Shown here: positions 19,020 to 27,814 of the stretch, piece after piece
How positions within the stretch are numbered: position 1 is the stretch's first letter
Layout: each line of letters begins with the position of its first letter
From: Candidatus Poribacteria bacterium
GTDB lineage: Bacteria > Poribacteria > WGA-4E > WGA-3G
Reading direction: 5' to 3'
Length of the DNA: 64,000 nt
Assembly (NCBI GenBank): GCA_964291315.2
Contig: OZ219753.1
Location: 2,208,001 to 2,272,000 of the forward strand
Notes under the pieces: generated by a model
What the model saw: the letters and a program-made list of their open reading frames with translations, nothing else
The model's database searches: none
Told to the model about the DNA's origin: nothing
Made by a program: the position numbers and the translations under genes

Positions 19020-19658
19020 ATGAAAACGTATGTGACAATCCCGACACTTATGATCGCAGTGCTTGCGATTCTCGCCTGCAGCTTCACACCGCACGCTTGG
19101 AGTAAGGCGCAAACCAGCTTTAATAGCCCCTCGGCTACGTTGCAAGTAGAAACAGACCGGCAATTTATCACAGAGCCCGAGGCGAAACCCACGGAGCCGG
19201 GTAGATTGGCGAAACCTCACGGGACAGTGGGCTTACACTTTATCACAGAGCCCGAGGCGAAACCCACAGAACCCGGTGAACTAGAACCCGCTCTCGTGCG
19301 TCCAAGACAACAAGAGCTCGCAGATCGCCTGCTCTTGCTATCCGAGAAGCAGCAGGCAATCCCAAAGCAGTCTGCACTGCTCACAAACTATCCGAACCCG
19401 TTCAACCCAGAGACTTGGATCCCATACGACCTCGCAGATGCCGCTGAAGTCAAAGTGTCCATTTACGCGGCTGATGGCAGCTTAGTGCGGACGCTCTCCT
19501 TAGGGCATCAGGCACCCGGTGCCTACCGCAGCAAGTCTCGTGCGGTGTATTGGGATGGGCGTAACGATACGGGTGAGTCTGTTGCGAGTGGTGTCTATTT
19601 CTACACACTTGAAGCAGGTTCTTTCCACGCAACCCGTAAAATGTTGATAATGAAGTAG
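19020..19658 (+). CDS. Small secreted protein consisting mostly of a FlgD-Ig/T9SS-type C-terminal domain
   Basis: Signal peptide, two FITEPEAKPTEPG repeats, then ALLTNYPNPFNPETWIPY...YWDGRN..GESVASGVYFYTL.AG.F.ATRKMLIMK. Confidence 0.85.
   Translation: MKTYVTIPTLMIAVLAILACSFTPHAWSKAQTSFNSPSATLQVETDRQFITEPEAKPTEPGRLAKPHGTVGLHFITEPEAKPTEPGELEPALVRPRQQELADRLLLLSEKQQAIPKQSALLTNYPNPFNPETWIPYDLADAAEVKVSIYAADGSLVRTLSLGHQAPGAYRSKSRAVYWDGRNDTGESVASGVYFYTLEAGSFHATRKMLIMK
19164..19277 (+). repeat. Intragenic 39-bp direct repeat (FITEPEAKPTEPG)
   Basis: TTTATCACAGAGCCCGAGGCGAAACCCAC starts at 19164 and again at 19239. Confidence 0.9.
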
Positions 19659-19679
19659 TTAAGAATAAGGAGGCACAAA

Positions 19680-21572
19680 ATGCGTAGGACAGTATTGGTT
19701 CTCTCCCTGCTTGCCGTATTCATGTTTGCGAGCGTCCCGTTCGCAGCGGCAGAATGGAAGATGAATCTTGTAACGAACAATACGCCGGAAGATGTGTATG
19801 TGATCAGGGCTACATGGAAGGCGGCGGATAGCACCAAAGACATCCCGGCTGGTTTCTGGACGCGAGGTCCCTACCGTATCAATCCTGGTAAGACGCGTAT
19901 TTTTTATTCGTGGTCAAGTAACAGCATCTATTTCCGTATTTCAAACGCAGATGGTGCGATAAAACCGGAGGGCAGCACGTCGACGTCTCCGTTTTGGGTT
20001 CATCCGGGTCGGTCGTTTCGTGTTGTTTCGGCTGCGTTTGATGGTTCGGTAGGAGTGGATCAGCTGCTGTATTCGGATCGTTCGAGTGATCAGTTAGTGC
20101 ACTCGGATGGTTTTGTACAGTGTGCGGGTGGTTGTCAAGTGACCGTCACTTCTGATTGGGTACCTCTGAATGGGTCCCCGGCTACTTTTACGACTGACGA
20201 GCTCACAGGTGGTGATAGTGGAAATGATGCTGACACTGTTCCGGAATGGACAGAGAACATAATAAAAAATGGGACAGAATCGGATGTGTATGTGGTCCGT
20301 TCCACGTGGAAGGAGGCAAACACAGATCTAGGAATTCCGGAGGGTTTTCGGACCCGAGGCCGCTATCGTATCCGTCCTGGTAAGGCACGAGTGTTTCATT
20401 CATGGGCGGATAACGGGATTTATTTCCGCATTTCAAACGCAGATGGTGCGATAAAACCGGAGAGCAGCACGTCGACATTCCCCTTCTGGGTTCATCCGGG
20501 TCGGTCGTTTCGGGTTGTCTCTGCGGCATTTGATGCTTCCGTAGCGGCGGATCAATTGCTGTACTCGGATCGTTCGCAGGGCCGGTTAGTCCACTCAGAC
20601 GGGTTTATGCTGTGTGCAAGTGGTTGTCAACTGATCGTCACTTCTGACTGGGTGTCGGTATCTTCTAGGAATAACGAGGGTAACGATAACAGTGAAACAC
20701 CACTGTCACCTCTGCAACTCGAGGAGTCTACTCAGCAAAGCCCGGAGCAAACCCAGAGGACTGCTCAGCAGCTCACGAGTACTGAGGGCATGGTGCTGAT
20801 CCCTGCAGGTAGCTTTCAGATGGGCAGCACGACGGGCGATGCGGATGAAAGTCCTGTTCACACTGTCACTTTAGATGCATTTTATATGGATGTTGATCCG
20901 GTGACAAACGCAGAATATGTCGAGTTTCTCAATGCTATGGGCAAACATGCTGATGATGCCGGCAATAAGTGGTGTGTGCTGGATAACGATGATTCCTCGT
21001 ACTTATTTCCGTGTGCTCACTCACAGCTAGTGTTGGTAGACGGTGTATATAGTGCAAAGGACGGGTGTGCGAATTGTCCCGTTGTTCGGGTGAGTTGGTA
21101 TGGTGCGATGGCGTATGCGAAATGGGTAGGCAAACGGCTCCCGACTGAGGCGGAGTGGGAATACGCTGGACGCGGTGGACTCTCCGGTAAAAAATATCCT
21201 TGGGGCGACACAATAGATTCCAGTCGTGCGAACTATGGTTCCCCTGCCTCGACAGAGAGCGGTACGTATCCAGCGAATGGTTATGGCCTCTATGATATGG
21301 CTGGTAATGTCTGGGAGTGGTGTCTGGATGCGTATGATATGGAGTTCTATACAAGTTCTCCTGCCCAGAACCCGTTGTCGGGCGCTGACAGTATCCAGTC
21401 GTTAGTAGATACCTATACAGCGGTTGATCCGACGACGCTTCGCGTGTTGCGCGGTGGTTCCTATCTCTATTCTACAGCCGAAACTGTGCGGGTGTCCAAT
21501 CGAGAGTACATTATGCCGATAAGCACGGGGCAAGACCTCGGTTTCCGTTGTGTGAGGTCTGTACCAAAGTAA
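19680..21572 (+). CDS. Secreted protein: two DUF1036-like domains plus one FGE-sulfatase-fold domain (paralog of 15712)
   Basis: SD AAGGAGG and a signal peptide nearly identical to that of 15712. FGE motifs GMVLIPAG, RLPTEAEWEYA, YDMAGNVWEW, RVLRGGS and GFRCV. Confidence 0.9.
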   Translation: MRRTVLVLSLLAVFMFASVPFAAAEWKMNLVTNNTPEDVYVIRATWKAADSTKDIPAGFWTRGPYRINPGKTRIFYSWSSNSIYFRISNADGAIKPEGSTSTSPFWVHPGRSFRVVSAAFDGSVGVDQLLYSDRSSDQLVHSDGFVQCAGGCQVTVTSDWVPLNGSPATFTTDELTGGDSGNDADTVPEWTENIIKNGTESDVYVVRSTWKEANTDLGIPEGFRTRGRYRIRPGKARVFHSWADNGIYFRISNADGAIKPESSTSTFPFWVHPGRSFRVVSAAFDASVAADQLLYSDRSQGRLVHSDGFMLCASGCQLIVTSDWVSVSSRNNEGNDNSETPLSPLQLEESTQQSPEQTQRTAQQLTSTEGMVLIPAGSFQMGSTTGDADESPVHTVTLDAFYMDVDPVTNAEYVEFLNAMGKHADDAGNKWCVLDNDDSSYLFPCAHSQLVLVDGVYSAKDGCANCPVVRVSWYGAMAYAKWVGKRLPTEAEWEYAGRGGLSGKKYPWGDTIDSSRANYGSPASTESGTYPANGYGLYDMAGNVWEWCLDAYDMEFYTSSPAQNPLSGADSIQSLVDTYTAVDPTTLRVLRGGSYLYSTAETVRVSNREYIMPISTGQDLGFRCVRSVPK

Positions 21573-21819
21573 GGCACAACCGTTCCTTGAGATCCCCTTC
21601 ATATCCACCGTAAGTGAAGATGGACTTGCGATTTGTCACAGAACCCAAAGATGGCTGTCTAGTGTGGGCATTGTGATGCTCGGACATCAGGCATCGGGTA
21701 TTTATCGTAGCAAGTCTTGTGCGGTGGGGGTATTGGGCGGATCGTACGAAGCTGAGGACCCGTCGCAAGTGGTGTCTATCTCTGGGCGCTTGAGGCGGGT
21801 CTTCCGGTTATAAATGAAG
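21568..21819 (+). pseudogene. Decayed copy of the 19020 gene (linker plus C-terminal domain)
   Basis: Colinear matches to 19101-19658: AGTAAGGCRCAA, TTTRTCACAGARCCC, GATGGC..CTAGTG, GGRCATCAGGCA, AGCAAGTCTYGTGCGGTG and GCRAGTGGTGTCTAT. The copy carries indels and a large internal deletion. Confidence 0.8.
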
Positions 21820-21855
21820 AATAATGTCAAAAAACGGATGAGGAGGCAAATACGA

Positions 21856-22089
21856 ATGAAAGTGAGAATTGAATACTGCGCCGCTTGAAACTACCAACCC
21901 CGGGCAGCCAGTCTGGCAGATGCCTTGAAACAGAAATATGGTGATGGGATTACAACAGTTGATTTAATTCCGGGTAGTGGTGGGGCTTTCGAGGTTTCGT
22001 TAAATCAAACACTGCTCTATTCAAAATTAAAGACGGGGCAGTTTCCAACAACAGAACAGATAACAAGTGCTATAGACGACGCAGCATAA
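21856..22089 (+). CDS. SelW/SelT/SelH (Rdx) family selenoprotein, 77 aa, Sec at TGA 21886-21888
   Basis: SD AGGAGG, then MKVRIEYCAA-U-NYQPRAASLADALK...LIPGSGGAFEVS...LYSKLKTGQFP. It has the CxxU and GxFEV Rdx signatures and a hairpin at 21903-21924. It is missing from the ORF track. Confidence 0.92.
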
Positions 22090-22138
22090 GTGCTACCACG
22101 CATCAGCAGTCTGGTAAGCATTTTTTGAAAATTAACTG

Positions 22139-22196
22139 AAGTCGTCAAAAACCTAGCGGATTATCACAAAATTTGTGCTACGGTTTTTGACGACTT
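22139..22196. terminator. Long inverted repeat between convergent genes
   Basis: Perfect 15-bp arms AAGTCGTCAAAAACC / GGTTTTTGACGACTT with further inner pairing. Confidence 0.7.
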
Positions 22197-22214
22197 GCTG
22201 CCGAATGCTGATAT

Positions 22215-23078
22215 CTACTCTACAGCGACGATCGCGATTTTAGATCGATCTGCTTCCTTGATAAGTGCATCGAGGTTCATAACAAAAGTTCGCCGTGCTT
22301 CTACTGCAAGCGCAGCTGCTTTGATTTGCTTTAGCCCCTTTAGCGTCTGCATTCCCACAGTCGGCACATCAACACGGAAATCGTGATGCTCCGCGGCTGC
22401 TTTTGCGATCACTATTCCTTTCATTCCTAAGCTTCCGACCCTCCGAATGGTTAGATCTGTCCCTTCGATCGCCTCAACTGCAAGGACAATCTGGTTTTTA
22501 ACAGCAACTGTTTGTCCAATATCCATGTTTGCTATCTGTCGGGCAGTACGAATACCGAGTTCAATGTCTGCCCATTGATTTGTTGTAGGTTTTCGCGCTG
22601 TTAAAACGCCGGGGCTTGGAAGAAGGTGGCGGAGGTAGTGATCTTGGGTGAGGATAATCAGTCCAGTAGATTCAAGATAGGTGAGTGCTGCATCAACAAT
22701 TGCAGCGGGGTTTTTACGTCTGTTCTGTACTAAAACCCTGATGATGGTTGCGTCAATCCGGAACGGACGAAGTAAAATATCTCTTTCGACTTTTCCGATA
22801 ATCACGACCTCTTTTACATTCGTATCGAGCAGGGTTCGGGCAATCTTTTGAATCTGACCGACACCGCAAGTATGGAGTTCATCTGTGAGTCCAGCGAAAC
22901 GTTGCGGGTCAGACTTCGTAATTTGGATGATAACGGGGGTTCGTTTATGATCGACAACGGCACGTGCTAACAGCACCGGCAACTCGCCCGCGCCTGCAAT
23001 AATACCGAGTTTTTCCACCGCTTGGGTCCCCGTTTTCTTTAATGCTGTGTCTCTGTGTGGTGTTCCTTGGACCAGCAC
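22215..23078 (-). CDS. lpxI: UDP-2,3-diacylglucosamine pyrophosphatase LpxI (DUF1009)
   Basis: GIIAGAGELP, DIGQTV, AVEAIEGTD and DFRVDVPTVG motifs; lies downstream of lpxA. Confidence 0.9.
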   Translation of the reverse strand: MLVQGTPHRDTALKKTGTQAVEKLGIIAGAGELPVLLARAVVDHKRTPVIIQITKSDPQRFAGLTDELHTCGVGQIQKIARTLLDTNVKEVVIIGKVERDILLRPFRIDATIIRVLVQNRRKNPAAIVDAALTYLESTGLIILTQDHYLRHLLPSPGVLTARKPTTNQWADIELGIRTARQIANMDIGQTVAVKNQIVLAVEAIEGTDLTIRRVGSLGMKGIVIAKAAAEHHDFRVDVPTVGMQTLKGLKQIKAAALAVEARRTFVMNLDALIKEADRSKIAIVAVE

Positions 23079-23127
23079 TATCTCAGATTCCTTAAAGCCC
23101 TTGCTTGAGATGATAATTTTACAAAAA

Positions 23128-23952
23128 TTAGCCGCTCAAAGTACGATTCGGTTGGCTGAATCCGATGCCCCGTTTGGAACACTCAATAAATTGGAGTAGA
23201 TATTCAACCTCCGCGGTCGTTTCGAGTTCCTTTTTGGCTCTGGCGACAGCGTGTCGGAGAGGCAACCCGGATCGGAACAAGAGTCGGAACGCTTTTTTTA
23301 AGGATGCCAATGCTTCAGGCGTAAGTTGTGATAAAGGGTTGATACTTGATGTCTGTATGCCGATCCGATTGAGACTCCGGACCCGTGCTGGTTGCCCGGC
23401 AGAAAGTGTGAACGGCGGAATATCTTGGACGATCTTCGAGAAACCGCCGGCCATCGACATTTTGCCAACACGGACATATTGATGTAAGGCTGCATGTGCC
23501 CCGAGTCGAACATCATCTTCAATCACAACATGCCCTGCAAGCGAGACAAAGTTCGCCATGATTATCCTGCTTCCGACGACGGTGTCATGCGCGAGGTTAA
23601 CCCAATTCATTAACAGGTTATTGTCTCCAAGGACGGTCGCCCCTTCTTCAAACGTTGATCTGGAAATAGAGACGTATTCGCGGAGCGTATTGCGGTTACC
23701 GATTTTCACATAACTCCGCCAACCGCCATATTTCAAGTCCTTAGATTCGTTACCGATGGTAGCCCCGAAATAAATTTTGCATTCCTCACCGATAGTTGTC
23801 CATTTCTCAATCTGAACATGTGGCCCAATTTCAGTGCCGCGCCCGATATGAACATCTTCACCGATAAGACTATAGGGACCAATCTTAACGCCTTCTCCCA
23901 ATGTCGCTTTTGGAGAGATAATAGCCGTAGGGTGAATGTTAGTTTCTATCAC
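23128..23952 (-). CDS. lpxA: Acyl-ACP--UDP-GlcNAc O-acyltransferase
   Basis: IHPTAII, hexapeptide repeats, DLKY, AHD, LAGHV and HQY motifs. Confidence 0.93.
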   Translation of the reverse strand: MIETNIHPTAIISPKATLGEGVKIGPYSLIGEDVHIGRGTEIGPHVQIEKWTTIGEECKIYFGATIGNESKDLKYGGWRSYVKIGNRNTLREYVSISRSTFEEGATVLGDNNLLMNWVNLAHDTVVGSRIIMANFVSLAGHVVIEDDVRLGAHAALHQYVRVGKMSMAGGFSKIVQDIPPFTLSAGQPARVRSLNRIGIQTSSINPLSQLTPEALASLKKAFRLLFRSGLPLRHAVARAKKELETTAEVEYLLQFIECSKRGIGFSQPNRTLSG

Positions 23953-23977
23953 AAATTTTCCCTCCGCTTAAGAGTTT

Positions 23978-24104
23978 TCTGTTACCAGCATCGATTATCA
24001 GTTAAGAGAACGTGTGTGACAGGCCGTTTCCGCTAGCGGTCACGAGGCGTTCTGTGTCGCTTGTCATAGAAAAACCTTGCTAGCTGACAATTGACAATCC
24101 TAAC
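23978..24104. repeat. Heptamer-ended intergenic element
   Basis: Left end CAGCATCGATTATCAGTTAAGAG and right end AGCTGACAATTGACAATC. Confidence 0.5.
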
Positions 24105-25391
24105 TCAGACAGATGCTAATACAATTGAGAGTTCCGCCTCCGTTGCAAGTTGGTCACCGACATAAACGCGTCCTTGAATGCGTGCAATCCTGCTCCTTAG
24201 CTGCACCACTTCTATTTCCAACCGGAGTTGATCCCCTGGAACAACAGCGCGCCGGAAGGTAGCCTTGCTGATAGATCGAAAATAGCCAAGTTCGCCTTTC
24301 TTACCGATATCTTGCAGCACGAGCCACGCTGCGAGCTGTGCAAGTGCTTCAATTTGTAGTACGCCCGGCATCACCGGTTGGGTTGGGAAATGTCCCTCAA
24401 AAATTGGTTCGTTGTAGGTCACGTTCTTGATACCGACGGCGCGTTTTTTACTTTCATATTTAATAATTCTATCAACCATACACATCGGGTGGCGGTGTGG
24501 CAGTACTTCATAAATATCCATCACTTCAATAGGTTCTTGAATGGGTAGCTGCTGAAGACACCCGGCTTCACCAAGGGCGTGTACAAATTCAGCATGGAAG
24601 GTATGTCCAGTCCGCATCGCGATAACGTGTGCCTTTGGTAAGCACCCTGCAAGATAAAGATCTCCAACCAAGTCCAAGATTTTGTGTCGGACAAACTCAT
24701 CCTTAAATCGGAGGGGGGTGCTCGGTACGCCGATCTCATTGATAACCAAGACGTTATCATAACTTGCTCCTTTACCGATACCGAGTGCCTGAAGTGCTTC
24801 AATTTCGTTCTCAAAACAGAACGTTCGGGCCGGCGCAATCTCACGGGCATAAGATTCCGGGGTTATTTCAAGCGTCAAGACTTGAGGGTCTATCTGTGGA
24901 TGTGCATAAACAAAAGTTACCATCAGTGCGTCGGCTGGAAGCAAAACGAGTTGTCTATCCGCAGCAGAGATCGAAAAGGGTTCATCGACCTCAATAAAGC
25001 GGCGTTGGGCATCTTGTGTAACAAGTCCTACCTTCTGAATGTCCTCGACATACCGTTTTGCCCCGCCATCAAGCGCAGGTGGCTCCGTTGCATCTAATTC
25101 CAGTACGACATTATCAACATTTAACCCGCCTAGCGCGGAAAGGATATGCTCAACACTACTAACCGTCGCTTCCCCACTACGCAAACTGGTACATCTGGGT
25201 AGAAGGTCTGCCCAATTATCAGGGCATACCTTCACTTCTGGTGCCCCTGCCATATCTACACGTCGAAAAACAATACCGAAGTCTGGTGGTGCTGGTTTTA
25301 AGGTTAAGGCTACAGCTTCGCCTAACATTAACCCTTTTCCCGTAATTGTCACCTCGCTCTGAATTGTCTTCTGTGAATCTGCCTTTGTCAT
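24105..25391 (-). CDS. lpxC: Bifunctional LpxC-FabZ fusion
   Basis: LpxC motifs VEHILSAL, IAPARTF and RHKILDLVGDL. FabZ motifs LPHRHPM, NEPIFEGHFP and MPGVLQIEALAQ. Confidence 0.95.
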   Translation of the reverse strand: MTKADSQKTIQSEVTITGKGLMLGEAVALTLKPAPPDFGIVFRRVDMAGAPEVKVCPDNWADLLPRCTSLRSGEATVSSVEHILSALGGLNVDNVVLELDATEPPALDGGAKRYVEDIQKVGLVTQDAQRRFIEVDEPFSISAADRQLVLLPADALMVTFVYAHPQIDPQVLTLEITPESYAREIAPARTFCFENEIEALQALGIGKGASYDNVLVINEIGVPSTPLRFKDEFVRHKILDLVGDLYLAGCLPKAHVIAMRTGHTFHAEFVHALGEAGCLQQLPIQEPIEVMDIYEVLPHRHPMCMVDRIIKYESKKRAVGIKNVTYNEPIFEGHFPTQPVMPGVLQIEALAQLAAWLVLQDIGKKGELGYFRSISKATFRRAVVPGDQLRLEIEVVQLRSRIARIQGRVYVGDQLATEAELSIVLASV

Positions 25392-25650
25392 TCTAGCTTG
25401 TCACTTTCTGTCGTTTTTCCTTATTAAATCTAATGCCGTTCTACTATACGCCGCAGGTTAGTGGTGCATAGGCGATCTGATTGAGGGTGCTCTTGCTTAA
25501 TCGCGATCGCTGCCAGTTATGAATGTTGTCTAACGATTGGATCAAGATTTTGCTACCACAGAGCGTTCTGCTCTTTAACAGGGCGTTTTACAATGCTTAT
25601 AGCAAAAATGCGGTTCATGTCCAATAATTAGCAACCAGATTTCTTCACGT

Positions 25651-26667
25651 CTACTGGGAGCGAGAAGTGCGTCGTACTTTTCTCACCATCCTATTATGTT
25701 CTGAAAGCGTTTTGGAAAAATGATGTTTTCCTTTGCCTATTGCCACGAAATAGAAGTAGTCGGTTTTTTCGGGGCGTAGTGCTGCTTTAATAGAATCAAT
25801 GCCCGGACTTGCGATGGGTCCAGGGGGCAAACCTTTATACCTATATGTGTTATAAGGCGAATCTACACGCAGGTCGGCTTTTGTCAAGAGGCGTTCCGGA
25901 TTCCCCAGGGCGTAAATTACTGTAGGGTCGGCCTGGAGTCGCCACCCGTGTTTGAGGCGATTGTGAAAAACACTTGCGATTCGAGGGCGCTCTGATTTGG
26001 ATTGTGCTTCCTTTTCAATAATGGAGGCAAGCGTTACGATCTCATGGCGTGTGTGTCCTAAATCACTCGCCTCCTTGTCAAAGGTTCCAGTCCATCGCTT
26101 TGTGAATTCATTAAGCATCATCTCAACGACTTTTTCTGCGGTTGTGCCTTTCGCGAATGTGTAAGTATTCGGAAACAGATAGCCTTCCACTGTTTTGTCC
26201 TCAAGTCCATACCGTTTCAACAAATCCTGAGTTTCAAAGGCTTTCTGAAACGTTGCTGCGGTTCCGAAACCATCGATTTCCCAGAGGTCCGCGATGGCAG
26301 CGCGCGTTAAGCCTTCTGGCACTGTCCAACTTATGAGCATAACCTGCCCGTTTTCAAGCGCATCAAGGATATCTGACAAAGCCATATTTCGCCGTAATGC
26401 ATAAGTCCCCGCTTGCAAACGTCTACCTATTCTCCTGTGTCGAACAGCCAAACGAAAAATATATTCACTTCGAATTAATTTTTCTGCAGCCAACTGTTTT
26501 GCAATCGTCCGCGAATTGCTCCCAACCGGTATATTGAAATTGACAACAACTTCTGAAGAAGAGGGGGCGGTCATCAAAAACACTACAATCAACGAAACAA
26601 TAAGGCAGAGAATAGCGAAGCTACACAACGTCAATAAAGCTATTCTCATCTTTCTGATTTTTCCCAT
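25651..26667 (-). CDS. mltG: Endolytic transglycosylase MltG (YceG)
   Basis: N-terminal TM helix, VPEG, EGYLFPNTY, LASIIEKE, LQADPTV and SPYNTY...GLPPGPI motifs. The start is uncertain (26667 or 26709). Confidence 0.93.
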   Translation of the reverse strand: MGKIRKMRIALLTLCSFAILCLIVSLIVVFLMTAPSSSEVVVNFNIPVGSNSRTIAKQLAAEKLIRSEYIFRLAVRHRRIGRRLQAGTYALRRNMALSDILDALENGQVMLISWTVPEGLTRAAIADLWEIDGFGTAATFQKAFETQDLLKRYGLEDKTVEGYLFPNTYTFAKGTTAEKVVEMMLNEFTKRWTGTFDKEASDLGHTRHEIVTLASIIEKEAQSKSERPRIASVFHNRLKHGWRLQADPTVIYALGNPERLLTKADLRVDSPYNTYRYKGLPPGPIASPGIDSIKAALRPEKTDYFYFVAIGKGKHHFSKTLSEHNRMVRKVRRTSRSQ

Positions 26668-26723
26668 CGTCAATATTTCTTTCGCGGGAGCGACACGCCG
26701 ATAATGCAATACCTAAATGAAAA

Positions 26724-27170
26724 TTAGATGTTCTCTGTCGATGCTGGAGAAGTGATCTCCTGACAGCGATTCAAATAATCTCTCAAAATCAGTACTGCTG
26801 CGACCTCATCTAGGATCCCCTTCTGATCCTTCGTGTTTTTGTTAAGCTCCCGTAGAATTTCTTCTGCTTCAGCTGTCGTGAAACGTTCATCCTGAAATTC
26901 GATTGGAACGTCGATTGCATGTTCCAAGCGTTTTGCAAACTTCTGAACCTTCTCTGCCTGTGCGCCGAGAGAACCGTCGAGTGAAATAGGCAAACCGATG
27001 ATAATACGTTCCACCTTGTGGATAGAGACGAGGTCTGCGATAACAATTAGATCCACCTGGCGATTTTTCCGAGTCAACGTGCACAGCGGGTGCGCCGCGA
27101 CCTCAAGCGAATCACTGATTGCGACCCCGATGCGCGTATCTCCGATGTCCAAACCAAGTAAAACCGCCAT
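26724..27170 (-). CDS. ruvX: YqgF/RuvX family nuclease
   Basis: LGLDIGDTRIGVAISD, IIGLP, DERFTT and DEVAAVLIL motifs. Confidence 0.93.
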   Translation of the reverse strand: MAVLLGLDIGDTRIGVAISDSLEVAAHPLCTLTRKNRQVDLIVIADLVSIHKVERIIIGLPISLDGSLGAQAEKVQKFAKRLEHAIDVPIEFQDERFTTAEAEEILRELNKNTKDQKGILDEVAAVLILRDYLNRCQEITSPASTENI

Positions 27171-27191
27171 TGTCGTTACCTTTTACGTTTT

Positions 27192-27422
27192 TTATTTTAA
27201 ATCTAAAAACTCATACGGATTTATTCCCGCATCCGTTTTATTTATTGCCTTAACGTCATCACGCAAGACAGAGAAACCGTTTTTAACGAGATGCGTTGTG
27301 CCAAGCGTCCCGTTTGCACTCCTAATTATCTTACGGACAGTTCCATCAGGTATATTTATATCACTATACTCTACATATGTCATGTTCGGATAAAGCGGAT
27401 AGACTAGACCACTACCTATCAA
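27192..27422 (-). CDS. Small hypothetical protein, possibly the 3' part of a frameshifted gene
   Basis: 76-aa ORF co-oriented with ruvX and ending 21 bp before it. It has a weak TTG start and no recognisable motif. Confidence 0.3.
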   Translation of the reverse strand: MIGSGLVYPLYPNMTYVEYSDINIPDGTVRKIIRSANGTLGTTHLVKNGFSVLRDDVKAINKTDAGINPYEFLDLK

Positions 27423-27679
27423 AACACTCGATACACGCTTGGCACTCTAATTCCAGATTCTGAATCAACATTCTGTGCCTCAACCTTGGTGCTAGCGATT
27501 AGAAAGTAAATCATGTGACATAATTTCACCTGTCTCACAAAATGGAATATCGGTTTTCAAACCCTTCTGCTAACCTTATAAAGCAATTGCAAACTTGAAA
27601 ATGTCACTTTTAAGAATTTTACACGAAAAGTCATGTATAGTCAAGAAAAATCTCATGTATACAGCATTAGAACAGAAAC

Positions 27680-27708
27680 TTGATAAATTAAGGTGGGGCT
27701 GCTATAAT
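27680..27708 (+). promoter_or_regulatory. Sigma70 promoter for the methyltransferase gene
   Basis: TTGATA-17 bp-TATAAT with a TGn extension. Confidence 0.6.
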
Positions 27709-27814
27709 TTTATACGAAGATAGCAGCATGCCCGGAAAACCGAGATAAATTAACCTTCTGCTTCCAGCACAAGCATAACCACGCCACCATCATTAACCGG
27801 AATGGAGTCTTAGT

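Noticed and set aside
15712-21572. Diversity-generating retroelement targeting the FGE/C-lectin domains
   Set aside because: There is no reverse transcriptase, accessory gene or template repeat with adenine-specific mismatches in the window. Differences between the C-termini include indels and all base types. A remote DGR cannot be excluded.
15712-21572. True formylglycine-generating enzymes
   Set aside because: The catalytic Cys pair after RGGS is absent, so these are FGE-fold domains only.
24105-25391. LpxC-FabZ fusion as a novelty
   Set aside because: This fusion is already known in several phyla, for example Bacteroidota.
27423-27514. Upstream frameshifted half of the 76-aa ORF (MIYFLIAS...)
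   Set aside because: One added T in a T4 run would join the two, but neither part has a recognisable motif and the nearest SD points to a different short frame. It is unsupported.
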